The notes: a model not told the origin generated them from the letters alone. Counted from the whole stretch's first letter, positions 40,737 to 50,131 are shown. The stretch is 59,922 bases of DNA, filler included, from 5 parts of 5 records of this genome joined end to end with filler, not necessarily neighbours in it; one strand, 5' to 3'. Program-made: numbers and translations.

Positions 40737-41414
40737 TCACGCCTTTGCCAGATCTATGGTGATGGCCTGCCATGGCGCGTCAGGGGCGGAGCGCTCATAG
40801 CAGCGGACATAGGATTTGGAGCCGACCGTGCGCATGGCGTCCTTGATGGCTTGCATGCCGCGCTGCCAACGAGGGTCCTCGATCTCCAGTTTAGTAAGGC
40901 GCACGATCTCATGGCGGTTGATCTGGCCTTCTTTGTCGGTGTTGAAGGCGCGGGTGACGATGGCGCGGATCTCGGGGCGCGATTGGGCGGACCATTCAAT
41001 CAGGCATTCATCAACAAGCTGTTTGGCGATCTGCAGTTCTGGGCCGAAGTCGATCTGCTCTGACACCTGAACCTGAACTTTGAACAACCCATCATAGGTC
41101 ATCAGGGTTTTGTTGCCCTTTGCTCCGCCCAGGGTGGTTTCATATTCCTGCGCCAGGATGGCTTCAAAATAGGCGATGTCTGCATAGGTGTGGGCCTTGA
41201 AGCGGCTGACCTGGGCGCTGATGGCCTTGCCATAGCCGATGATCTTGCGGACGGTTTCGTCCTGGAGCGCGTCTTGCGCGCGAACCAGTTCATCAGGGAC
41301 AAGCGAGCCCTTGGCGTTGGTTCGGTATTTCTGGCCGTTCATCTCGATAATCCCATCAGGGATTTTGACAGGTTTGAAGGCTGTGTCGGGGGGCGGAGTC
41401 CGGGATTCAGTCAT
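40737..41414 (-). CDS. DUF3164-family phage protein
   Basis: GGAKGNKTLMTYDG, FGPELQIAKQLVDECL, GSKSYVRCYER, IDLAKA. Confidence 0.88.
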   Translation of the reverse strand: MTESRTPPPDTAFKPVKIPDGIIEMNGQKYRTNAKGSLVPDELVRAQDALQDETVRKIIGYGKAISAQVSRFKAHTYADIAYFEAILAQEYETTLGGAKGNKTLMTYDGLFKVQVQVSEQIDFGPELQIAKQLVDECLIEWSAQSRPEIRAIVTRAFNTDKEGQINRHEIVRLTKLEIEDPRWQRGMQAIKDAMRTVGSKSYVRCYERSAPDAPWQAITIDLAKA

Positions 41415-41440
41415 GCGTGGTTTCTTTCAAAAAGGGGGGG

Positions 41441-41531
41441 GCTGGCTGCTCATCAGACCGGGGCGGCCAGGCCCCGATGACCGCGCCCGACCACGCCAGG
41501 CGGCACTCGGCGGGGCCGGGCGGGTTTCGTA
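41441..41531 (-). ncRNA. Type II hammerhead ribozyme with loop-I pseudoknot
   Basis: Minus strand reads C-GAAA, stem III, GUC, stem I (AUCGGGGC/GCCCCGGU), CUGAUGA-G; loop CUGGC pairs with 3' tail GCCAG. Confidence 0.85.
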
Positions 41532-41535
41532 TGGA

Positions 41536-41823
41536 TCAGGCGTTCAATTGATCTTTGAGCGCCCTGGCGGGTTTGAAGCCAAGCGATGAGGAGGCCTCGA
41601 TCTGAATGGACGCGCCGGTCGCAGGGTTGCGTCCGGCGCGCGCTGCGCGTTCTGCCCGCTTGAAGGTGCCAAACCCATGCAAACTGACGTCCTGGCTTGC
41701 CACTGCGGCTTTGGTGATCTGCTCAAGGAAGGCGTCGATTGTCGCGCCCACGGTCTCTTGGGTCTGGCCCACCTCCTGGGCAATGCTGCGGGTCAGGTCC
41801 TGTTTGGTGATCTTCTTTGACAT
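41536..41823 (-). CDS. Phage-encoded HU-family DNA-binding protein
   Basis: GFGTF, RAARAGRNPATG, FKPARALKD. Confidence 0.92.
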   Translation of the reverse strand: MSKKITKQDLTRSIAQEVGQTQETVGATIDAFLEQITKAAVASQDVSLHGFGTFKRAERAARAGRNPATGASIQIEASSSLGFKPARALKDQLNA

Positions 41824-41892
41824 GGGTCGTTTCCTTCGGGTTGTGCGCTCAATGGCGCGGGGTGTGAGGCTTGGTAATCCGGCCAGATGACC

Positions 41893-41931
41893 GAGCCAGA
41901 TTACGGAGCCAGATTACGGAGCAAGATTACG
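41893..41931. repeat. 13-bp tandem repeat, 3 copies
   Basis: GAGCCAGATTACG, GAGCCAGATTACG, GAGCAAGATTACG, preceded by degenerate GGCCAGATGACC. Confidence 0.9.
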
Positions 41932-42256
41932 CATCCGATTGGCTCCACTCCTTGAGGAGGGTGGTTTCCAGAATGCGCGCTGCCGCTTCTGAGGGCGTCA
42001 GTCCGCGCCGTTCGGCGTAGGACAACAACAGCCCATGCAGGCGCGAGGGGACGGAGAGGTGGGGATTGGGCGCAACCGGGACCTCGTTTGGTGACGCCCG
42101 ATGGGGGCCATAAAGCGGAATGTCCGCGCCCTCGGTGCGCGCGCGCCGGATGCGGGAATAGACCGTGTCCGGGGTGATCCCAAGCTGACGCGCAATTACG
42201 CGCGGCGGAATGCGCCGTTTGGCCAGCTCAACAATGCGATGTGTCAAAGCGGTCAT
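41927..42256 (-). CDS. Small phage HTH protein
   Basis: IARQLGITPDTVYSRIRRAR; ATGA-coupled start at 42256. Confidence 0.75.
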   Translation of the reverse strand: MTALTHRIVELAKRRIPPRVIARQLGITPDTVYSRIRRARTEGADIPLYGPHRASPNEVPVAPNPHLSVPSRLHGLLLSYAERRGLTPSEAAARILETTLLKEWSQSDA

Positions 42257-42627
42257 GGCGCGTCCTTTGCTTTGGTATGAAGCGGGCAGGCGCGGCAGGA
42301 TCGGAACATGGCGACGACGGCGGGGCTGGCGGAGGTCAGTTTGCCGGTGCGGTCGCGCCATTTGAGACAGGCCTCGCCGCTGATGGAGCCGAGGGCCGGG
42401 CAGCGGATGTCCTTGTCCAGCAGCACAGCGCGCACCCGCGCCTCCATCCGGGCCATATTGCCGGGGTAGGAATTGCGGATCAGCTGACTGACGGTGCTGG
42501 CGGAGACACTCAAACGCGCGGCAACCCTGTTCTGCGAGGTCTGTTCGCAGGCCGTAATCAGCGCCGCGACCCAAGGGGGCAGAGCATCGTTCCAGGCCTC
42601 GGTGGCGATTATCAATCGGTCGCTCAT
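42253..42627 (-). CDS. Mu-like phage HTH protein with Cys-rich C-terminus
   Basis: SQNRVAARLSVSASTVSQ; CPALG...C...CRACP. Confidence 0.8.
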   Translation of the reverse strand: MSDRLIIATEAWNDALPPWVAALITACEQTSQNRVAARLSVSASTVSQLIRNSYPGNMARMEARVRAVLLDKDIRCPALGSISGEACLKWRDRTGKLTSASPAVVAMFRSCRACPLHTKAKDAP

Positions 42628-43499
42628 GCCCGTGCCCCCTTATCGTATTCGATGGTGTCGGTGTTGGGGTCGATCAGAACAGACAGGCGCTTTTGAACGG
42701 GCGGCAGCGGACCGGAATTGCGGATCAGCTGATAGCGCGCCGGGCTCTTGCGGCTGGCTTTGTAGAGCACCCGCAGATAGCCGTAGTGCGCCAGATTGGA
42801 ACAGTATTTCTGGATGACCTCGGCGCTGATGCCGTGGTCGATGCCCGACAGCGTTGCCGCCAGATCCACCGGGGTGAATGTACGCGCGATGCGCATGGCG
42901 GACCAGATCCGGCCCTCGGGGCTGAGACGTTTGTCGCGGGTTTCCCGCTGGATCTGCTCGGGATCAATGGCGGAGAAATACCCCGCCCCATTCTTGCGGC
43001 CCAGATAGCGGATCTGGCCCGTGTTCTGCCAGCGTCGAAAGATCAGTTCCAGCCGGTGGCGGGGCAGGACGGCCTGCGCAAAGAACTGCGCTTTGGTGAA
43101 GGCGATCTGCGTTTTGGTGAAGTCCCAGATCGCGGCAACCTGGTCCGTCTCGGGTTGCCAGGGAACTGTTGGTGCGGCCGTTGGCGCGGGGTCGCTCTGG
43201 GCTGTGCTCAGGCGCTGATCCAGGGCGTCGGACCGGAGGGCGGCGTCAGCCTCCGGATCGGCGGTCAGAAACGCGGCGCGGGCCTGCTCGGGATCATGGG
43301 TGGTCATCAGGATCTGCCCCTCAAAGGTGCCGCAAGGCTTGATCACGCCGCGCCGTTTCAGAGCGCGCAGGGTGTTGGTGCGTTTCCAGTCACTGGCGCT
43401 GCAATGGGCGGCCAGTTGGGCGGTGGTGAAGGCCGACCGCGACTTTGCGAACTCAAGGATCTGGATTTCTACCGGGGGCGGCGGCTGAAGCTGGCTCAC
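42624..43499 (-). CDS. Mu-like phage hypothetical protein (winged-helix-like repeats)
   Basis: IWSAMRIARTFT, YQLIRNSGPLPP, DPN; GTG start overlaps the MuB stop. Confidence 0.75.
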   Translation of the reverse strand: MSQLQPPPPVEIQILEFAKSRSAFTTAQLAAHCSASDWKRTNTLRALKRRGVIKPCGTFEGQILMTTHDPEQARAAFLTADPEADAALRSDALDQRLSTAQSDPAPTAAPTVPWQPETDQVAAIWDFTKTQIAFTKAQFFAQAVLPRHRLELIFRRWQNTGQIRYLGRKNGAGYFSAIDPEQIQRETRDKRLSPEGRIWSAMRIARTFTPVDLAATLSGIDHGISAEVIQKYCSNLAHYGYLRVLYKASRKSPARYQLIRNSGPLPPVQKRLSVLIDPNTDTIEYDKGARA

Positions 43500-44239
43500 T
43501 TGAGGCCCCTCCGTGCGATGGGGGCATCCCCGCGCAGAAACGGCGTCTGTCCCCAATCCTTAAGCGAGATGGCATCCACGCCCAGCGTGTCGGCGTGTTC
43601 GTTCACATAGGCAATGTCGATGGAGGTGAGGCGCGCGTTGCCGGTGTTGCGCGCCAGAATGTGGGACAACAGATCGTCACCGATGGTGATGTTCGGGGCG
43701 TAATACATCGCCAGTAAGGTCGCGTCTTTGAGGGTGGCAGGCTCGGCGGCGGTCCAGTTCAGAACGCGGCTGTCCACCAGTTCCCATTTGCGCAGTTTCT
43801 GGGGCAGCTCCTCCATGCCGATCAGGATCACCGGCACCTGGGAGCCGTCGGAGAAATCCCGAATGATCTGGATCAGGCCTTTCTGGATGGCATAATCGGC
43901 CTCATCAATGATCAGGGTGCGCCCCGCCATTGCGAGGCTTTCGTTGGCCTGCATCATCATGTCGGCCAGCGATCCGCGCGCCGGTGCGCCCAGCTCGCGC
44001 AGGACCTGGGTCAACAGGGTCTTGCGGGTCCAGAGCTCCTGCACCGAGATGTGGATCGCATCCAGCGCGGCGGCGGCATAGATTGCGGCCTGGGTTTTGC
44101 CATAGCCGGGCGGGCCGTAGAACACGCCCATGCCGGGCAGGCCATGCTGGCGGTTTTCCAGCATCTTGATCTGCATGGCCAGCGCAGTGACATTGCGCAA
44201 CGGCTGCACACTGTTGCCGATGCTTATCGTCTGTGACAT
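43496..44239 (-). CDS. MuB-like AAA+ transposition ATPase
   Basis: Walker A GPPGYGKT, Walker B LIIDEAD; follows the transposase. Confidence 0.9.
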   Translation of the reverse strand: MSQTISIGNSVQPLRNVTALAMQIKMLENRQHGLPGMGVFYGPPGYGKTQAAIYAAAALDAIHISVQELWTRKTLLTQVLRELGAPARGSLADMMMQANESLAMAGRTLIIDEADYAIQKGLIQIIRDFSDGSQVPVILIGMEELPQKLRKWELVDSRVLNWTAAEPATLKDATLLAMYYAPNITIGDDLLSHILARNTGNARLTSIDIAYVNEHADTLGVDAISLKDWGQTPFLRGDAPIARRGLK

Positions 44240-44262
44240 GGTTCCTCCTTAGGGTCTGAGGC

Positions 44263-46419
44263 CTAGCTGGCCCCGCCGATATTGAAGCTCTCAAAGACCG
44301 CCAGAGCGCCTTTGTATTTGGCTGTTTTGGTGTAGCGCTGGACCCAATCCGCCTCTTCGCGCCCCACCGGTTTACCGGCCTCTGAGCGGGCCAGAATCTC
44401 CTGGGCCTGGTCAAAGCGCTCCTCATCCGTGGCCGCGGGGGTGAACCCGTTCGAACCGGGGTTCGGCTCAGGGGGCTGACGCTGTGGCAGGGCCAAGATC
44501 ATGGCCTCGTGCTGGGCATCCAGTTCGGGGTTTGTGGGCGTCTGATAGGTCGGGGCGTGAACCCTCTGGGCACGGTCCGGGGTGCGGAATTCTGCCGTCA
44601 CAACCTTGGCAGACACCTGTGTCGGGTCCGATGTCTCTGGTGTCATGGTCGCCATGGTCGGCGCGATCTGTGCGACGCTGACGGGGCGCAGCTCCTTGAG
44701 CAAGCTCCTATGCGCCCGTTTGATCCGGGCCTGACGGCGCTTCTCTTCCTTGGCCCCGATCAGATCGTTAAAGCCGACCTTCTGGCGGCATTCGGCAAAG
44801 CCGAGGAACGCATTGTCCAGAGAATAGATGAACACACCGGAATGCAGGTCTGCGGGATCAAACCGGGCGAGGACCTTGCGATCGGCATGTTCACTCATCC
44901 ACTCGGAATGATAATCGTTGCCATAGAGCTTGAGGGTGCCGTTTATCTTGTGCAGTTTCTTGGGTTCTTGTCCCATCAGCCACAAGCGGCGCTGTTCCTC
45001 GGTGGCTTTGCGGATCGGGGCCTTGGCGTAACTGTCTGCAAATGTCTGATCAAAGCTGCGCCCGCGCGCGGTCGGCGACAGACGGCCCTGCCGGGCGTTA
45101 TGCTCGCTGATGCCTTCCTCCAGAACCGCGATGAACTCTTCCAGGGGGATCGCGCGATTGCCGTAGTTCTCGGGCTTGGCATCGGGCTTGTTGCCCACAT
45201 AGGCCCCATGGAACCGGGGATCTTTGGCGATGTCACTTGCCCAGCCGCCAAAGGCGCGTTCAACCGGTTTAGACTGGCCATGACCGGGTTCTGCCCACTG
45301 CACCTTTATGCCCATCAAGGGCAGGATGCCCTTGGGGTCATCGTCGCGGATCTTGAAGCGGAAGCGGGTCTCGGTGCCACCGGTGAGCCACTTGTTGGCA
45401 AATTCGCGCCCGTTATCAAACAGGCACCGCTGGGGAATACCCCAGGTCTCGATCATCTCGCCGAAGGCGGCCATGACCATGACCGCATTGGGCGAGCGAT
45501 CAACTTGCCAGGACAGGAACTTGCCGGAATAGAGATCCTGGAACGCAACGATCTGGGGGCGGCCAATGCTGCCATCGGGCCAGCGGACAAAGACGTCGAT
45601 CTTGTGGCAATCGGCGTTGACACCTTCCATGGCGGTCATGGCTGTGCGGTCGCGGATCTGGGCCGGGAACCGGCGCAGGAGGCCGGTGTCCCCTTCGCGG
45701 GCATAGACCTGCACCAGCAGGGGCACCTCTTCATTCAGACGCCGCCGGGCGGTGGCCAGGGTGAGGGTGCTCCAGCGCTGTTTGCGGGCCTCGTTCACGG
45801 CCAGTCGGTAGCTGTGGGCAAACGTGGGCTGTTCCAGGCGCAGATAAAACGTCTTCAAACGGTCCATGAAGCCATGGGAGCAGGTGGCTTTGACGGATTT
45901 GCGGGTGGCCTGTTTGTGGCGCGGCACCAGATAGGCAAGACGGTCTTCAAGGGCGACACCTTCGACCATGTCCAGCCAGTTGTAGACCGAGCGCGGCGAT
46001 TGATTGGCCTGTTGCGCGGCGGCGGCAACCGCCTGCACGTGGGGCAGCCCCGCCATGTGCAGGCTGTCGACCAGACGCAGGGCTTCGAGCCGCTTCGCCG
46101 CTTTGTCTTTGGCGGCGGCATTCAGGCTGTCATAGAACGCCCAGGCTGCACCGCGCGGTGGTTTGCCTTTTGGCTCAGGGGCAGGCGTGGCCGCGTCTTT
46201 CAACAGCTTCTGGCGGGTGGCCAACGGCAAGACCGACCAATGATAGAGCCAGCCACCGCCGCGTCCTTGCTTTTTCTTGGTGCACCCCGGAGCGGCGCGC
46301 CAGCCAAGCTGATCCGCCATCACATTGATGCCGCGCTTGGTGCCCGGCAGATCGGGCAGGCCGGAGTTGGCCAGCTCATCCGCGCCCCACCAGATTTTAT
46401 CCGGCTCGGTGAGGCTCAT
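44263..46419 (-). CDS. MuA-like DDE transposase
   Basis: N-terminal Mu HTH region (GRGGGWLY); DDE residues in NADCH, FDNG and KPVER; Mu-transposase C-terminal domain. Confidence 0.93.
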   Translation of the reverse strand: MSLTEPDKIWWGADELANSGLPDLPGTKRGINVMADQLGWRAAPGCTKKKQGRGGGWLYHWSVLPLATRQKLLKDAATPAPEPKGKPPRGAAWAFYDSLNAAAKDKAAKRLEALRLVDSLHMAGLPHVQAVAAAAQQANQSPRSVYNWLDMVEGVALEDRLAYLVPRHKQATRKSVKATCSHGFMDRLKTFYLRLEQPTFAHSYRLAVNEARKQRWSTLTLATARRRLNEEVPLLVQVYAREGDTGLLRRFPAQIRDRTAMTAMEGVNADCHKIDVFVRWPDGSIGRPQIVAFQDLYSGKFLSWQVDRSPNAVMVMAAFGEMIETWGIPQRCLFDNGREFANKWLTGGTETRFRFKIRDDDPKGILPLMGIKVQWAEPGHGQSKPVERAFGGWASDIAKDPRFHGAYVGNKPDAKPENYGNRAIPLEEFIAVLEEGISEHNARQGRLSPTARGRSFDQTFADSYAKAPIRKATEEQRRLWLMGQEPKKLHKINGTLKLYGNDYHSEWMSEHADRKVLARFDPADLHSGVFIYSLDNAFLGFAECRQKVGFNDLIGAKEEKRRQARIKRAHRSLLKELRPVSVAQIAPTMATMTPETSDPTQVSAKVVTAEFRTPDRAQRVHAPTYQTPTNPELDAQHEAMILALPQRQPPEPNPGSNGFTPAATDEERFDQAQEILARSEAGKPVGREEADWVQRYTKTAKYKGALAVFESFNIGGAS

Positions 46420-46760
46420 CAGCTCATCTCCCGGCGGCTTTGGAAGTTGATCACACCGGCATGGTCTGCGGCCTCGTCGGCGTTTGTGGTGTTGTCGGCG
46501 GGGGCAGCGGTCTCTGTCTCGGGATCGCCGATCAGGGCGCGCAATTCGTCCAGATAAGCGGCGACAAAGCGGCGGCGGGCTTCTTTGGGTGCGCGGGTCC
46601 AGGCATCGGTGATCTTGCTCTGAGCCTGTTCAACCGGGCTTTGGGTGGCCACGCCGGGCTGTTTTCTGCGCGCCAGAACCTCTTTGGCGGATTTGGCAGT
46701 GCCATGGTGCAGCGCCTCGCAAATGTCGACGCGGTCAATCGGGTTGGAACATTTGGCGAT
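46419..46760 (-). CDS. C-terminus of probable ParB-like phage protein, cut by gap
   Basis: Frame open to the contig end (IAKCSNPIDRVDICEAL...WTRAPKEARRRFV); ParB assignment inferred from position. Confidence 0.6.
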   Translation of the reverse strand: MAKCSNPIDRVDICEALHHGTAKSAKEVLARRKQPGVATQSPVEQAQSKITDAWTRAPKEARRRFVAAYLDELRALIGDPETETAAPADNTTNADEAADHAGVINFQSRREMS

Positions 46761-46761
46761 C

Positions 46762-46861
46762 NNNNNNNNNNNNNNNNNNNNNNNNNNNNNNNNNNNNNNN
46801 NNNNNTTAATTAATTAANNNNNNNNNNNNNNNNNNNNNNNNNNNNNNNNNNNNNNNNNNNN
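46762..46861. other. Artificial contig linker
   Basis: N-run, TTAATTAATTAA, N-run. Confidence 0.98.
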
Positions 46862-46862
46862 G

Positions 46863-47162
46863 ATCGCCAAATGTTCCAACCCGATTGACCGGATTGATAT
46901 TTGCGAGGCGCTGCACCACGGCACCGCCAAGAGCGCCAAAGAGGTTCTAAAGTATAAGAAACAGCCCGGCGTGGCGGTTCAAAGCGCTGTTGAAAAGGCG
47001 CAAAGCAAGATCACCGATGCTTGGTCTCGTGCCCCTAAAGACGCCAGACGCCGGTTCGCAGAGGCGCATCGGGACGAGGTGCGCGCTCTGATCGGCTTGC
47101 CTGAGGGAACAGCACCAGAGGCTGATGTGATAGAATTCCAAAGCCGCCGGGAGGTGAGCTGA
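46863..47162 (+). CDS. C-terminus of probable ParB-like phage protein, cut by gap
   Basis: Homologous to 46419-46760; frame open from the contig start. Confidence 0.6.
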   Translation: MAKCSNPIDRIDICEALHHGTAKSAKEVLKYKKQPGVAVQSAVEKAQSKITDAWSRAPKDARRRFAEAHRDEVRALIGLPEGTAPEADVIEFQSRREVS

Positions 47163-49315
47163 TGAGCGTCACAGAACCGGATAAACTCTGGTGGAGCGCG
47201 GATGATCTGGCCTCTTCTGGTCTGCCTGACATGCCGGGCACCGTGCAGGGGATCAATCACCTTGCCAAACAGCTTGGATGGCGCGCGGCTCCGGGGTGTA
47301 CGCAACGCAAACAGGGACGCGGTGGTGGCTGGCTCTATCACTGGTCGGTTCTGCCCTTAGCGACCCGTCAAAAGCTGTTGAAAGACGCCGCTGCCCCTGT
47401 GGCCGAACCCAAGGGCAAGCTGCCCCGCGGTGAGGCCTGGGCGATTTATGACGGGTCAAGCACCCCTGCCAAAGACAAGGCCAAGAAGCGGTTGGCTGCC
47501 TTGCAATATGTGGACGCTCTACACCTTGCTGGGCTAACCCATGTCAGCGCGGTGATTGAGGCGGCAAAACAGGCGGATCAATCGCCCCGCTCGGTCTATA
47601 ACTGGCTGGGCATGGTTGAGGGTATCGCGCCCGATGATCAGCTTGCCTATCTGATACCGCGCCACAAACAGGCCGCGCGCAAATCCACCAAAGCCACCTG
47701 TTCGCGCGATTTCATGGACTATTTGAAGGGGCTTTTCTTACGCCTTGAACAGCCCACTTTCGCCAACAGTTATCGCCTCGCAATTGCTGAGGCCAAGCGA
47801 CGGGAATGGGACACGCTAACCAAGGTCACAGCCAAGCGTCATATTGATGACGAAGTCCCCCGTGTGGTGCAGGTGCGCGCCCGTGAAGGCGTCGCCGGCT
47901 TGATGCGCTGTTTCCCGTCTCAGATCCGCGACCGTACCACCTTGAACGCCCTCGAAGGCGTCAATGCCGACTGTCACAAGATAGACGTGTTTGTGCGCTG
48001 GCCAGACGGCAAAATCATTCGGCCCCAGATCGTCGGGTTTCAGGATCTATATTCCGGCAAAATCCTGAGCTGGCGCGTGGATAATGACCCCAATCAGGTC
48101 ATGGTCATGGCCGCATTTGGTGAGATGATCGAGACATGGGGCATTCCCAAGCATTGCCTGTTTGATAACGGCCATGAGTTTGCAAACAAATGGCTGACCG
48201 CAGGCACCAGAACCCGGTTCCGCTTCAAAATCCGCGAAGATGATCCGCTGGGCGTTCTGCCCCTCTTAGGCATTCAGGTGCATTGGGCCACGCCCGCGCA
48301 TGGTCAGGCCAAGCCGGTTGAACGCGCGTTTCGTGATTTCGCAAGCGACATTGCCAAGCACCCGAAATTCCATGGCGCCTATGTCGGCAATCGCCCCGAT
48401 GCCAAGCCCGAGAACTATGGAAACCGGGCTATCCCGCTCGAAGAATTCATTGAGGTATTGGCCGAAGGGATTGCTGAACACAACGCCCGGCAAGGGCGCT
48501 TGTCGCCTACCGCCAAAGGCCGCAGCTTTGATGAGACTTTTACGGATAGCTACGCCAAAGCCCCGGTTCGCAAAGCCACCGCAGAACAGCGCCGTTTGTG
48601 GTTGATGGGCCAGCAGAATTCCAAGCTGCACAAGAAACATGGCGGCCTCAAACTATACGGCAATGAATACCACTCGGAATGGATGAGCGAACGCGCGGAC
48701 GAAAAGATCGTGGCCCGCTTTGATCCTGAGGATCTGCATTCCGGCGTCTACATCTATGCCAAGGACGGCGCGTTTCTGGGCTTCGCTGAATGTCGCCAGA
48801 AAGTTGGGTTCTTTGATCTGATCGGAGCCAAAGAAGAGGCGCGCCGCAAGGCCCGGATCAAGAAAGCACACAAAAAGCTGCTGGAAGCCCATCGCCCAGT
48901 CACCATCGAGCACATTGCCCCTGCTATGCCCACAGAGGCACCTGAGAAACAGGATCTGTCCGCCAAAGTGGTCACGCCGGAATTTGGCCGCAAACCGCGC
49001 CAACCACTGGTGCAAAGACCCAAATATGAAACGGTTGAAGATGCAGAGCTGGATGCGGCGCGCGAAGCAATGATCCTGAGGTTTCACGAAAAGACGGACC
49101 CGACCCCTGCAAGCGAAGACACGCCAGACCACTTCCAGCCGTCTTTTGATCCAGATGTTCGGTTTACTCAAGCTCAGGCCATTTTGGCCCGCTCCGACGC
49201 GGGACAACGCATTGGCAAAGACGAGGCCGAATGGGTCGAGAATTACACCAAAACCGGTGAATACAAATCGAAAATAGCGATGCGTGCACACTTCAATCTG
49301 GGCGGCGCTGGGTAG
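47162..49315 (+). CDS. MuA-like DDE transposase
   Basis: NADCH, FDNG, KPVER; collinear with 44263-46419. Confidence 0.93.
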   Translation: MSVTEPDKLWWSADDLASSGLPDMPGTVQGINHLAKQLGWRAAPGCTQRKQGRGGGWLYHWSVLPLATRQKLLKDAAAPVAEPKGKLPRGEAWAIYDGSSTPAKDKAKKRLAALQYVDALHLAGLTHVSAVIEAAKQADQSPRSVYNWLGMVEGIAPDDQLAYLIPRHKQAARKSTKATCSRDFMDYLKGLFLRLEQPTFANSYRLAIAEAKRREWDTLTKVTAKRHIDDEVPRVVQVRAREGVAGLMRCFPSQIRDRTTLNALEGVNADCHKIDVFVRWPDGKIIRPQIVGFQDLYSGKILSWRVDNDPNQVMVMAAFGEMIETWGIPKHCLFDNGHEFANKWLTAGTRTRFRFKIREDDPLGVLPLLGIQVHWATPAHGQAKPVERAFRDFASDIAKHPKFHGAYVGNRPDAKPENYGNRAIPLEEFIEVLAEGIAEHNARQGRLSPTAKGRSFDETFTDSYAKAPVRKATAEQRRLWLMGQQNSKLHKKHGGLKLYGNEYHSEWMSERADEKIVARFDPEDLHSGVYIYAKDGAFLGFAECRQKVGFFDLIGAKEEARRKARIKKAHKKLLEAHRPVTIEHIAPAMPTEAPEKQDLSAKVVTPEFGRKPRQPLVQRPKYETVEDAELDAAREAMILRFHEKTDPTPASEDTPDHFQPSFDPDVRFTQAQAILARSDAGQRIGKDEAEWVENYTKTGEYKSKIAMRAHFNLGGAG

Positions 49316-49384
49316 GCGTTTGAAAGAAATTTGCCGCCGCCAGGATGGACCCCACAGCGACGGCAACAACGAACAGGAGAAACC

Positions 49385-50131
49385 ATGTCACAGAACATGA
49401 ATACGGGCAACTTGATACAGCCGCTCAAAAATGTAGCGGCCCTCTTCAAGCTGATCGAAGACATTAACCTTCGACAAGAAGGCTTGCCTGGCATGGGCGT
49501 GTTTTCAGGTTACCCCGGTTATGGCAAATCCTTCGCGGCGCAATCTTGTGCGACAGCGTTGGGGGCGATTCACATTTCCATCCTCAAGTCGTGGACCGCC
49601 AAATTCTTTCTCGAACAGCTATTGGTCGAACTGAAAGTGACGCCAAAAGGCTCGGTTGCCAAACTTGAGCAGATGGCCTGCGAAAAACTCTTGCGCACAC
49701 AGCAGACGGTTCTGATTGATGAGACCGACTTTGCCGTTGAAAAGGGCTACATCGAAATCATTCGCGACCTGCACGATGTCTCCGGTGTGCCGATCATTAT
49801 GATTGGCATGGAGGAACTACCGCAAAGCCTGACCCGCTGGGAACAAGTTGACAGCCGCGTTGCCTCTTATGTTCAGGCGCAACCAGCAGACCTAAAAGAT
49901 GGCAGAATGCTTGCTGACGTCTATGCCTCCGGCATTGAAATAGACGACGACCTGTTGGCTCACATCATCGCCCGCAACACCGGCAGCGCCCGGTTGATTG
50001 CCAAAGACCTGGACCACATCAAGCAAAAATGTGTGCTTACGACAGTCAAAAAAATGACCCTTCAGAAATGGGGAAATACGGCGTTTCACGGAACCAGCGC
50101 CCCGAAAGCTCGGTCAGGATTTGTGTTTTGA
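49385..50131 (+). CDS. MuB-like AAA+ ATPase
   Basis: GYPGYGKS, VLIDETD; RBS AGGAG; ATG at 49385. Confidence 0.9.
   Translation: MSQNMNTGNLIQPLKNVAALFKLIEDINLRQEGLPGMGVFSGYPGYGKSFAAQSCATALGAIHISILKSWTAKFFLEQLLVELKVTPKGSVAKLEQMACEKLLRTQQTVLIDETDFAVEKGYIEIIRDLHDVSGVPIIMIGMEELPQSLTRWEQVDSRVASYVQAQPADLKDGRMLADVYASGIEIDDDLLAHIIARNTGSARLIAKDLDHIKQKCVLTTVKKMTLQKWGNTAFHGTSAPKARSGFVF

Larger units (their letters stand above)
40611..46761 (-). mobile_element. Mu-like (transposable) prophage early region, arm A
   Basis: Gene order: ParB-like, MuA, MuB, accessory genes, HU, DUF3164, GemA. Confidence 0.92.

Noticed and set aside
41893-41931. Tandem repeat as a CRISPR array
   Set aside because: Repeats are 13 bp and contiguous with no spacers; no cas genes in the window.
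44509-46557. 682-aa ORF antisense to MuA
   Set aside because: Shadow ORF of a GC-rich gene; no motifs, and not kept at this length in arm B.
47159-47166. CTGATGAG in arm B (and its counterpart at 46415-46422 in arm A) as another hammerhead core
   Set aside because: It is the TGATG stop/start overlap of the transposase; no properly placed GAAA or flanking stems.
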